A stretch of 64,000 nucleotides of DNA, from the NCBI RefSeq assembly GCF_048593235.1, contig NC_133617.1, positions 674,726,958 to 674,790,957 of the forward strand, read 5' to 3'. The stretch is from Sminthopsis crassicaudata. Its lineage: Eukaryota. The notes below the pieces were generated by a model, which did not search any database, was not told where the DNA came from, and saw only the letters and a list, made by a program, of their open reading frames with translations. Below, in pieces: positions 1 through 11,616 of the stretch. Position numbers and translations under genes: made by a program. How positions within the stretch are numbered: the first letter of the stretch is position 1; each line of letters opens with the position of its first letter.

Positions 1-574
1 ATAAATCATGCCTTATTGATTTTTTTTTAACCTGAAGCATCTTTTCAGACAATACTTATCAATTGCATTTTTTTTTTTTTAAACAAATTAGACCTAAAAA
101 ATGTATTCACATTCTTGTAGGGTATGATAAATCAAGAATCATAACTAATATTCTCATGAAGTTCATTTAATTGATTCTTAGTGGGATCCACATAATATTT
201 AACAATGTTGGGTGTTTGTTTTTTTTTTTCTAAAAAGATCAAGACCTTCTCAAATAACAAGAAATGATAAATGAATACCTTCACTCTCATTTTCCAAATA
301 TGACAGACCAGGAAAAAAGATTCATTCACCTGGTGTGTGGGGAGTACAGGTAAGGTACCTGAATGTAGAGAAGATTATCGGTAAGGGGAGAAGGGGAGGC
401 TAAACTGATGAATATAACATAAAAGATATTTGTATCTTTGTACATTTATTTTTTCTTAACTTTTCTGAGTTTCCTATGTGATATCTATCAATAGTTTTTC
501 TTGTGATTCTTTTTCATAAGAATTGACAAGAGCAGTAGCATAAGACATAAGTAGGAAGTGTCAGGAAGATCTGT

Positions 575-730
575 GTTCAAATACTTTCCTCCACAACTAC
601 CCTACGAACAACCAGCCCAATCTCTCATTTCCTCAGTGTCCTGGCTATGAGCTACAAGATCTGAGGCAGATCTGCACTCGGGAAGTTTCCACATAGGGAT
701 GGTCTTACACCAATGAAATCAAAGGTCTAG
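575..730 (+). mobile_element. CORE-SINE (MIR/MAR-type) fragment
   Basis: Degenerate MIR 5' end (gaagatctgtgttcaaat) and MAR-like 3' part. Approximate. Confidence 0.55.
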
Positions 731-899
731 ATCAAACGATAATTCACATAGTTTGTGTCACTGATACAACTGCATAAAGAAAAAAAAAAGCACATAGGAA
801 ATCGTGTACAACATGTAACACTCTAAGTATTATATGTTGGAACAGCTGCTCAGAAAGTAAGGGGAAAAAAAACCCATCAAAAAACACTAGTTTTAAAAG

Positions 900-1030
900 G
901 CCAATTTGAAAAGTGCAAAAACACACAAAACAAAAAAAAACCCCAAACCAAAAACAACAACAAAAAAACAAACAAAAAAAAAAAAAAAAAAAAAAACCAG
1001 CTCGGGAGACCAAACCAAAAACAAAATACA
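900..1030 (+). repeat. A-rich low-complexity tract (probable decayed retroposon tail)
   Basis: Runs of A broken by C (AAAAC-like units) and a pure A run near 963-995. Confidence 0.85.
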
Positions 1031-2046
1031 AAAAACCATTGCTGGGGAGAATTGTGGTCACAACATCCCCAAGATCAAAAACAAAAGGATACTGTAATGA
1101 CGAATGAAATTCAGAAGGTAAAATGAAGGATTTTTGACACTGGATGAACTAGAGGAAACAACAAAAGAAAATTACTTGACACCATAAATAAAATGCCCAA
1201 ACAAGGGACACAATACGGAAGTAGTCCTGAGCCCAACTGGTTATTAAGGAGGGAATTTCAAGAAGGTTTGACGGGTTCTGATTGGAATTCTGAACTTTCG
1301 CAGAATTTTAGCTTAGTTTCGCATCTCCTCTTTGTTTAGCCGGGGAAGGAGGTGGTCTGCAGGGTCTCCCCAGGAGGCAGCTGCCAGTGGCTGCACCTCC
1401 CCCGGGGGCTAGCCCTTCTGCTCGTTCCCTTCGGTGATTCCAAGCCAGCATCCTCTGACAGCCCCCTGGCCCCACACCTGGCTGCGGATAGCGAGGATCC
1501 CTTGAAAACTGACATCTGGAATCCAGCTGGGGTCTCCCCGAACTCTGGAGAGCCCGGGCCCCCCGGGGCACGGCCCGAGGCTTCGGGGATGCCGGGAGCT
1601 GCCCCGAGTTGGACCAAGCCCGCCCGGAGGGGTTCATCCCCATTTTACAGAGCCAGAAGACAGAGGCACCAGAGATAGATGGGGGCCCACGCAGCCGAAC
1701 CCAGGAGAATAAGGGTGGGGGGCATCAGAAAGTTAGGAAACTCAGCAACTTTGGGGGAGGGGGATCCAAGTCGGCGGGGGGACGGAAGACGACCCTCTAG
1801 GAGAGGGGGGACCCCGACCTCGGCGGAAGGGTGGGGGATGGGGCCCCGTCTTTGGCGGGGGGCCTCGGAGAACAAGGGGAGCGGGTGGGCAGCGAGGGGA
1901 ACCCCGGCTTGGACCGCGCTCCCGGGGGCCGGGAGAGCTCCCTATCCCGGGAGCCGCCACACAAAGGGGCCCCCGTCCGAGCGGAGCCGGCCTCGGCGGC
2001 CGCGGCCTCCTCGGCAGCCACCGCTTCCCCAGAACTCCGGCCTTAC

Positions 2047-2260
2047 CCAGCTGCTCCGCCGCCTGCAGCCCCTGCCGCGGTCCCCGACCGCCGGCGCCGC
2101 GCCCCGTCCTGTGGCCGCCACGGCTAAGGCTGGCGCTGCCGCTGCTCGGCCCGCTCCTGCTCTCAGACCCTCTCGCTCAGGTCCGATTCCGCTCCTGGTG
2201 CCGCCGCCGCCGCCGCCGCAAACCCAGCCGCACGGCCGCCAAGCGAGACCGGCCCCGCGC
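2047..2260 (-). other. PBRM1: Non-coding first exon of PBRM1 (upper boundary/TSS approximate; coding exons lie left of the window)
   Basis: Strong minus-strand donor CTGG|GTAAGG (exon end 2047, GT at 2046-2045) inside the CpG island, head-to-head with GNL3. Identity rests on known PBRM1-GNL3 synteny, not on coding sequence. Confidence 0.6.
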
Positions 2261-2382
2261 GACCGTGCGCGTGCGCGCGCCCTGGGGTGAGGGGGCAGGG
2301 CCGAGAAAGAGAGAGAGAGAAGGGCGCGGGAGCGCGAGCGGCTCCGAGAAAGAGCGAGCGCGAGCCCAGCCAGGTTCTGGCG

Positions 2383-2500
2383 CGGGGCGGGGCGGGGCGG
2401 GGCAGGAGGCTAAGGCACAGGCGCGCTTTACGGCAGCGTCTTCACGTCGTGACGGCTCTGCGCTTCAGTCTGCACGTGGCGTCCGAGTCGGCCGGACGTG
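2383..2500 (+). promoter_or_regulatory. GNL3 core promoter motifs: tandem GC boxes and canonical E-box
   Basis: Tandem GGGGC repeats at about 2383-2403 (Sp1/KLF-type), CACGTG at 2473-2478 (MYC/USF-type), CRE-like CACGTC/GACGTG nearby. GNL3 is a known MYC-responsive gene. Confidence 0.6.
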
Positions 2501-2524
2501 AGAGCTGCTTTCTCCTCCGCCACT

Positions 2525-5500
2525 ATGAAGCGGCCTAGTGAGTTTTTATTCTCGGGGTGGCGGGAGTTTCTGGGCGTTCTTCTTTCGTGTATAACTGGCC
2601 TCCTTCGCCTACTCTGTATTTGTTCCTCCGGAGCCGGGGATATGGGGAGTGAACTGAGCAGAGCACGGGGCTCGGGCGGTTTCCGGCCTCGGAGGTTGGC
2701 AGCCCAGGAGCGGGAAGCCGGCTAAGCCTGGGCTCGAATTCCGATTCTCGGTTTTCTCAGTGTGAAGCTTTGGACACGGAGGGGACCGCAAGTGCTGCCT
2801 TGCGCTTAAGCTCTGGCCGTGGCTTCAGGCCCGGGCCGGGGGGAGGTAGCGTGGGAGGGGGGGCACGTCCCTGGTGCAGCCTTAGGAGCGAATTTGTCTT
2901 CAGCCGCCTGTGTGAAGTGTGGGCCGGGGGCTATGGGGGATTTGTACTCTTTAACAATTAGTTTTCCAGCAGTAAAAGGAGAAGGACCATCTGAGATTAA
3001 GGGATTTGGAATGTGGGCACTTAGCAGGCCCATACCCCGTAATCCCTGACTAATGTTCTTTTCCAGTGCTGCCTGTATGCAGAAATAGCCCCCAGAACAC
3101 CAGTAAGGTAAATCAAATCGGCAGAATGAAAATAAATGAGAACGACTAGAATAGAGCGCTATTTTTCGTTAGGATGGAAAATGGCTTAATGAAGATTGAA
3201 GGGCTCTGAAGGTTCGGGAGGAGGAGATGTATTATCGATGTTTGAAGGACAGCGTGAACAACTGCATAGGGATGGGAAAAGGAAATTAATCCACTTTGGC
3301 TGGGGTTAGGGTCTCCCTGATGAAAAATGTATATCTTAAAATCATAAATGAATGCTTTAAACTTTTCCCTAGTGATTTGATTATAGCCATATGAGAGTTG
3401 TTTTATGGATTTATGGAAGGATAGGTGTTTTACATTTTTTAGTTATGATAGGTGAGTTTGTTCCTGGTACCTGTAAGGTATAAAAGAAGAGGGAGCGGAC
3501 CTTTGACCCCCTAGTTCTGACCTCATTTTGAATTATTTTTTTGTTCCTAGAATTAAAAAAAGCAAGTAAGCGCATGACATGTCATAAGCGGTTTAAAATC
3601 CAGAAAAAGGTGCGTCTCTGCATAAACTTTTGGGGATGTATTTAGGATGAACTTAAACCATTTACAACAGCTATGAGCAGCTAATGAGCTTGTATAAAGA
3701 AAATCTGCAAGCATAAATTTCTGCTATTATCAAATACTCTTCTCTTGGAATGGGGGCAGGGGAGAGGAGAGGAGGGATTCCTTAACCCTTGTGATAAAGA
3801 AACTTGGTTAAAGTGTGTGCATTGACTTTTCTGACTAAGTCTTGATATGTGGAAGCTAGATATTAGAAGGCTTTTACAGTCTACAGCCACTTTTAACCTT
3901 GTTTGTTGCCATAGTAAGAGTTGGTAATACCGTCAAAGTCCAGTTGTGTTTGGAATATAACTTGGAGCTTAGTGATATTTTTTAAAATTATTTTTGTTGA
4001 ATAGACATAGCCATAGCAACCTATAAACCAGTCTAAATGACTTTATTAAAATAGGTGCGGGAGCATTACCGAAAAGTGAGGAAGGAGGCCAAGAAACGTG
4101 GTCGAAAAAAGCTAAAGAAAGATCCTGGTGTGCCAAATAGTGCACCCTTCAAAGAGGCACTTCTCCGGGAAGCTGAACAAAGAAAACAGCAGGTAAGATT
4201 CGGGTCAGAAAGAGGCAAGCTTTTGCTCACCTTTGAGAAGCTTCATTTAGACATTCTTATGAAGATTAGACATTTCTTTTTTAAAACAAGGTAAGAATAT
4301 AATTAATGATCCTAAAACTTTGTTTTTGGTCTGAGTTAATAGCTTGAAGAACTAAAGCAGAAGCAGAAACTTAACAAACATAAGGAACAAGAACAGAAGC
4401 AGAACCATGATGAAGATATTGTTTCATCAAAGACAGAACCACCCAAAAAGGTAGGATTGGCTTTATTTTTGAGGGAAGAGAAGAGCTTTGAAAGATCAGG
4501 AGGAAGGGGACTTAAAGTTGATCATATTATAGATGAAAAGATGGCATGAGCAAAGGCATAGGGGTGGGAAATGGAAATTGATCCAGTTTGGGTTCCTCAT
4601 TTATAAGAGGAACATGGTGTCCCCATCCAGGCCGATAGCATTCATTAGGCTTCTGTGGTAGGTACACAATTTCTCTCTTTAAAAGATAAATTTCCCCTTC
4701 AAGTAGAATTTGAAGACAGACTTGTTTTTGTCTTTTCTCCTTACCGATTCTGGTATGATGTTTTGCACATAACTAATGTCTAATGCTTTCTTAATTGAAA
4801 TCACAACATTGAAAATAAAGATGACCACGTACAATATATAATTCATACATTTTCACATTTTGCACTTGTAACTTTCTTAAGCCCTTTTCATCCAATTAAT
4901 AAAAAGTGTATTTAAATGAAGGGGAGATAATACTAACACTTGGGACCTCAGATTCCTCAGCTGTAAAATGTAGGGCTTGATTCTGAGAGCCTTTCTTTAG
5001 GTCTATGGATTAATGCTATAGGTAATGTGGACTGTCCTCAAAGAAAGTTTAGAAGACATTAGGTATTTGATTTCATATAGTAAAAGGTTAAGAAAACATA
5101 AGTCTACTAAAAAGAAAATTGACTGGACAAGGTATCAATATTTGTGAACCCTTGGACTCTATCCATGAACTTCCTTGGAGATTGTCTGTGAACCACCCAG
5201 TTAAGAGCTCCTGCACTAAATGGTAAGGTGCCTCAGATGATGTTTTTTTTATTCCTGATCAAGCGTCAGAACAATATAAGGTTTCCTTGATAAGCTCCAC
5301 AATTGATAAAAAGAAGTTAGCCCAACAATTCTGATAGAAAATATCTGTACTTTCTGGACTATGATATACATTGGGTAGCTGAATCAGTGATTTTTTTTTT
5401 TGTTTTGTTTTGTTTTTTCCACTGCCGGCAAGTTTTGATAAATTTATATCAATCTAGAAATGTCATAGATGAAGTGCTGGACACACAGTTAGAAAAACCT

Positions 5501-8500
5501 AGGCTAATACCCCACTTAAGCCAATTTATGTCATTTCTCTGAACCTTAGTTTCTCTTATCTGTAAAATGAAGGTTAACAGCATTTACCACATCATTGTTA
5601 GGATCAAATGAGATTGCATGAAAAGTGAGCACTTTGCCAACCATGAGGCACTAGATAAATGTTGTGGTTTTATTATTTAGAAACATTTATGGACAATAAG
5701 GTAGATCCAGAATCAAAAGGAAGTGGGCCATATATTACATTTAGCAAATTATACAACAATCCTAAAAACGCCTTTTAGATTGTTAGTATTCTCTTAATAA
5801 TGATTTATGGTTGCAAAAATTTAACACGTCAGCATCCAAAGAACTGAAATTCCTCCAACCTTCTTTAGTCTTGATACCTGGAATGTAATAAAAGTTTAGT
5901 AAATGCTTGTTTATAAGTATAGCCTCGAAGGCAGTGAATATATGGTGAAGGCAAATAGGCTGTACCATTTTTAGTCATCTTGTATACCAGAAGTGACATG
6001 AGTACCCATCAAGAAATTCATAATTGAGAAAGATATGGATTTGTTAGCAAGAGCAAGAACTAAATAGTCCCGTACTGATAGTTGAGCAATGTAGAACTTA
6101 GAAGGCTTTAGCAGAGGAGCTAAAGGAAAATGGGGGAAATAATCTCTTAAGATGCAGAGAAAGGTGGACTTTTGAACTGAAAGAAAGACTGCTTGCACTG
6201 ATGACATACCATATTGATTGAAATAATAAAAGGTACATAAAGGTTAACTTCATACAGGGTTCACTGGGATGTTATAGTGTCAACATGCAAGAATAAAAAT
6301 GATTAACCTTTTCATTTTATTCCCTGTCCAGTTCTTCCAAATTCTGATTTTTGTCTTTTTTTTTTTTTTCCTTTGTCATTTAGGAATTTGTGGGAAGAAA
6401 GGCAAAGCTATCATGTAGGACAGTCAAGCAAGGTTCAAAAAAATCATTTTGTAGAGAACTTCAAAAGGTATTTCCACTAGTTGCCGTTTGCTTTCCTAAT
6501 CATGATGTAGAGAGTGACTTTTAAATATTCGTGGGATTTAAACATTTGTGTAACTAAAAGGGGATTTTGATTCAATCTGGGCTTTAAAGACTACAGATTC
6601 ATTTTGTTTTCTTATGCATGATTCATAAAATGGGGCTTATAGTTCCTCTTGACCTTTATTACGGGTTCAGTAAAAGAAATTTAAATTTCTCCTTTCTAAT
6701 TTATTCCACTATGTAAGTAGTTCTGTAATTTTTGTTCTTTACAGTCACTTTAGATCAGGAAAAAAATCACTTCTGTACCTGAGATCATCCTGTTTCTAGA
6801 TTTTCCTAATTCAGTAACTGCTGCTTTTACTGAGATTTAAAAAGATTTGTGCTGGCTTCTCTTATGTGGAAAAGAGTTTGTCTGTAATGGAATATCCAAA
6901 TTTTTTAAAGTAGGACTAAATTCGTGACCTACCAAACTAGAGTTATCTTAAATGGAAAGTCAAGTTAGTAAGAGATGGAAAATTGAGAAAACTGAAAGAG
7001 CTGTTGTAATTTAGAGAGGAGGTTAGGATAGCAGCTCTCCATTCCTAAAGATATGGCTAATTTCTTAGAACCCATTTATTGAATTGAAATAGCCTACAAA
7101 CTTTGTATACTTTAGAAGTTTAATGTAGCAGTCAAAAAAAAATTGTGATTTTTAGCTGTATTGAATAGAAAAATCTGGCTGTACTCTCCATTTAATTGAT
7201 GTCTGTGATATTTGGTTCTGTGTTCTGGTTCCTTTCAATCAGAACACTTGGCAAATTAGAACAACTGAAGAAAGGTGACTAGGGCCATAAAGGAACTTGG
7301 GGTGATTCTGATAAAAAGCATACTTAGACATACTACCCTCAAATATTTGGTCTTTGTTCCTGTAGGTGATTGAGGCCTCAGATGTTTTGCTGGAAGTTTT
7401 GGATGCCAGAGATCCTTTAGGATGTAGATGTCCTCAGGTGGAACAAGTTATTACACAGACTGGAGGAAACAAAAAATTATTACTTGTCTTGAATAAAACA
7501 GGTAAACCATTAAATTTGCTCATTAAAAGTTACTTTTATATCTATTAGATAATGAGGTATGAGGAAAACACCTGATCAGTCTGAAATACATTGAAGACTG
7601 TAAGATCCAACTCTGACCTCAGCCTAGGCAAATGTTTGTTTTTTCTAGTTGCCACAGATGATATCACTCAACACCACAACAGTGTTTAGTGATTGATATA
7701 CTGATGCTTACAAAACTTTGTACTTTAATATATGTTAACCTGATTCCTCCTCCCCTTCCCGGCCCCCCTCCCCTAAGAGATTATCTCCCTGAATAAAGAT
7801 GGCTGTGTCTATTTGAACCTTATCACCTAGAAAATTGCATTTTAGGAGACATCAATAAATGATTGTTGAAGGTATGTGAATTCTCTTTGTTGACACTTCA
7901 AACCAAGAGCTTGGATAAATCAAAATATTTCTTAGGAATACCAGTAGCCATCAGGGATCTGATGCTTGGAACCCAAATTAACCTGGGACACAGGTCTTAA
8001 GTTACTTTTAGGAGAAGAGATAAAATCTTTATCTAAAGATGATGCCAAGGCCAGAATCTAAGTGAGTGTAAATCTTATAGCAAACATGTATCTTATTTGA
8101 TGGTTGCCAAATTTTACCATGTAAATTTTCTTACTACTTCCAGATTTAGTACCAAAAGAAAATTTGGCAAAATGGGTAGATTACTTGAAGAAAGAACTCC
8201 CAACTATTGTTTTTAGAGCCTCAACGTTTGGAAAGGAGAAGATAAGGCTGGTAAGGGTTACCCGTTTTGTGTTATTAACAAGATCTTTAGTTCTATGCCT
8301 AGTTGTTTGGGTTGAAATGTGATGAACACTGATAACTTGATGAAATTGTGAAGATTATAAGATCCAACTCTGATTTCAACCAAAAAAATTAAAGTTAAGA
8401 GGAAAAAAACTGTCAGTCTTTTGAAACCAGCTATATATATACTTAACCTTATTCATGATAATATTGTCCACATCTAGGTATAGGCTTGGAGATAGGTCTA

Positions 8501-11500
8501 TTGTAGAAAAACAATAGTCACTCTAAAAGGAATCCTAAAGTAGTATGTCATTAAACATTCACACAAACAGGGAGAGGGACCAGATTGGCATACTTGGGAA
8601 AGAACCACAACAATTTCAATTGAGCATTGTTCTATTTTGAGGTGGGAAGAGCAGTGTATGTAATGTATTGTGTGTTAGAGAAAAAAATGGTAAAATGCCT
8701 TCTGTGTGGCAGACCCCTGTATATGCTAAGCACTTAAGTACCTACTCCTCCTGAGCACTGAGGATACAAGAGACAAATTATCTTTTTTGATTCTGGTTTG
8801 GGGGGGGTCAGTAGATCGGTGCTATTATTCCCATTGAAGGAACTCAGGCAGAGTTTGACTTGGCCAGGGTCATATGGCTAGCAAGAATCGGGCTTTGTAT
8901 ATAAGTCTGCCTAGCCCTAGGTCTAATATTCTGTCCACATATAATTAGGTGGCTCTTTTTTGCTATAGTATTTTATTTTTCTTGCCTAGAATGTTAACCA
9001 TTCTATACTATAGAGTTTGAGAGCTCAAGAAGGTAATTAACTTGTTTGAACTTGAAGCCAGGGAAGAAGAAACTGGACCTCAGCAGGCATGGCATATGCT
9101 TGGGTGGAAAGAGCCTTTTGACAATCCTCAATGACTTTTGCCAGACACAAAACAAAGCCATTCGAGTTGGTGTGATTGGTGAGTTTATGTAATCATAACT
9201 AGCAAGTTTTCTGTGGAAATGAACCAAAATATTGCTTTAAAAAAAAAAAAAAAGCCTGACTGGGAGGAGAGGGAAACATGTGAAAAGCAGTATACATAAT
9301 GGGGATATGAATTACTAGTGTCAAGTAACTTATTTAGTTTGGGGGGGGGGAATCTTTTTTTTAAATATCTCAAAAGAACCCATAATAATTGAAGTCAATT
9401 TAGTCTGCCACATTTTTAAAGTGTATTTTCATTGGTATCTTTATTATCCTTTTTTGTATACAGCAAATTTATTTTAAGAGTTAGCAAAAAACAGTCAATA
9501 CAGTTTTCAGTATACTAGTCTGTACCCCTCACCTCTACAAAGGAGCTGGGATGGGAGTCTTTATTTTCTTTGTAATTTTGCAGCATGTTCCATTTTGACT
9601 ATTTTGCAGGTTTTTCCCATTGACATTGTTGCAATCATTATGTATCTTGTTTTCTCATTTTATTTGCTTCATTCACATCATGTAAAGCTCATATCTTAGA
9701 GCCAGTAATGTTCTATTATGTAACAATTTAAACCTTTATTTTCCCTAATCTAAAGACATCGAATTTATTTTTAGTTCTTTGTGACCAAAAAAGGTACTGC
9801 TGCCCTTTAGAAGTTTAAGAGATACTGTTAGAATATTTGGGTTAATGAGTATCTGTCCTGATCATTGAGTGAGAAATGAAGATAGAAATGATCTTACTAT
9901 TAAAAGTGAAGATATGAGATCCAACTCTGATTTCACTCTGAGCAGGACTCTTATCCAACTTACCATCAAAATATCCAGGATTTTAATTCATGCTTCAAAA
10001 GATAATTTTTGCCAGTGTAATTATTCTATATATAAGTACAGATAGGTTTTCCATGCCATGTGAATTTCCAATTGTTTACATAGTAAACATGACATGTCTC
10101 TTTCCATTTGAAGGTTTCCCAAATGTGGGCAAAAGCAGTGTAATTAATAGTTTAAAAGAAGCATATGTGTGTCATACTGGACCAGCCATGGGTCTCACAA
10201 AGTAAGTGTCTAAAAAGTGTGAGCAAGCTTGGAGATACTCCATGAAAAAATTGAAAATTTTTTCATGTATTCTTTTGAACTAAATGGCCAAAAGGGTGGG
10301 TAGCCCTATTTATTCTTTTTTGAAGGGTTTCAGTTAGAGGGAGATTTCACATGTCAAATTTTTTATATAACTATTCTTCAGTTTTTCTGATTATATGCCA
10401 TGTTTTCCCCATAAATAAGATTCATTTCTTTATATGGAAAATATTTAACATGTTTTCGTATGTCATCCACACATGAAGCATATGATGAGAGACTGGATCT
10501 GATGTTATATGTTGAATTTGTTCAATCCAACCCTGAGCTTCATGTTTGCTTAGATTTTCTTTCTCCTTGTCATTCTTTCAAGGTTTTTAAAATTTTTATT
10601 CATTGATATTTTTCTTTAGATACATGCAAATTGTCCACATTGACAAGAATATCACGATGTTAGATAGTCCGAGCATTATTGCATCTCCTTCTAACTCTGC
10701 AGTTGCTCTTGCTTTGAGAAGTCCCACAAATATTGAAGAAAAAGAACTGTTAGATTCAGTAACTACAATTGTGGAACACTGCAATAAACAGCAGGTAATA
10801 AAGTCTTAAGTTTTTCTTGTATCCTCATGAATTTCCATTTTTATTTGGAGTTCTTGAAGCCAGCTCTTCTATATTGATATGCAGTCTTTGTAGCCAGAGC
10901 TACCTAATCATGGAATCACTTGAAGATAGTGAGTGATTATAGGCATTGGTTTATTATCCAGCTTCTTAAATTGTAACTTGTAATCTCATTTGGGGTCTAG
11001 TAACTGAATATGAAGGTCCCAAAATTATGATTATTAGTAGATGTTTGTATAACTTTTATATACCATATACCTGGTGTCATGTAGAAATTTCTCAAGGGAA
11101 AAGTGGTCACAAGTGGAAAAAAGTTTGGAAATTCTGGTTTACTGGATGAGGGTGTATTCAGTAATTTTGGGTTTTTTTTTTTCTGGCACAGAAAAGGCTC
11201 TTGACTTCATTTGTATGGAAGTGAAAAACAGGATTGACCTGTGTAACCAGATAGGGTAGTTCTACTTCAGTCATTTCTTTTTGTCTTGCATAACTATACA
11301 ATTATGTTATATTTAGTTGGTTACTACAATGCCTTAAAATTCTTAACAAAACTTATGCTGAACCAGATGAATATTTCTTGTTTCAGCTAATGTTACGATA
11401 CAACATCCCAAACTATCGAGATTCCCAAGAATTCTTGATTCTGCTTGCACAGAAGAGAGGGATGGTGCGGAAAGGCGGCCTCCCCAAAGTGGAGGAAGCT

Positions 11501-11584
11501 GCTAAATTGTTCTGGTCTCACTGGACAGGGTAAAGACTTTATTTCAGCTGTTAAAAACTTATATTGGGGTTGCATTGGATTAAC

Positions 11585-11616
<32 letters not shown>

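Larger units (their letters stand above)
1320..2950. promoter_or_regulatory. CpG island / bidirectional promoter shared by PBRM1 (-) and GNL3 (+)
   Basis: Abrupt rise in GC and CpG content against an AT-rich, CpG-poor background. The GNL3 ATG at 2525 (+) and a minus-strand donor at 2046 diverge from it. Boundaries approximate. Confidence 0.9.

Noticed and set aside
744-1107. Poly-Lys and poly-Phe ORFs
   Set aside because: Translation artefacts of the A-rich low-complexity tract.
1308-3049. Many overlapping 60-200 aa ORFs on both strands
   Set aside because: Pro/Arg/Gly/Ala-rich, no recognisable domain; expected from stop-codon scarcity in a CpG island.
4560-4670. Possible H/ACA snoRNA in GNL3 intron 4 (hairpins, ANANNA, ACA)
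   Set aside because: Stems are short and the H-like motif falls inside a hairpin; no convincing two-hairpin architecture.
4821-4833. 13-mer ATGACCACGTACA repeated at 20534-20546
   Set aside because: Isolated 13-mer matches are expected many times by chance in 64 kb, and the flanks do not align.
6643-6712. Possible poison exon in GNL3 intron 5 (donor CTAT|GTAAGT)
   Set aside because: The acceptor lacks an adjacent pyrimidine tract; a lone donor match is not enough.
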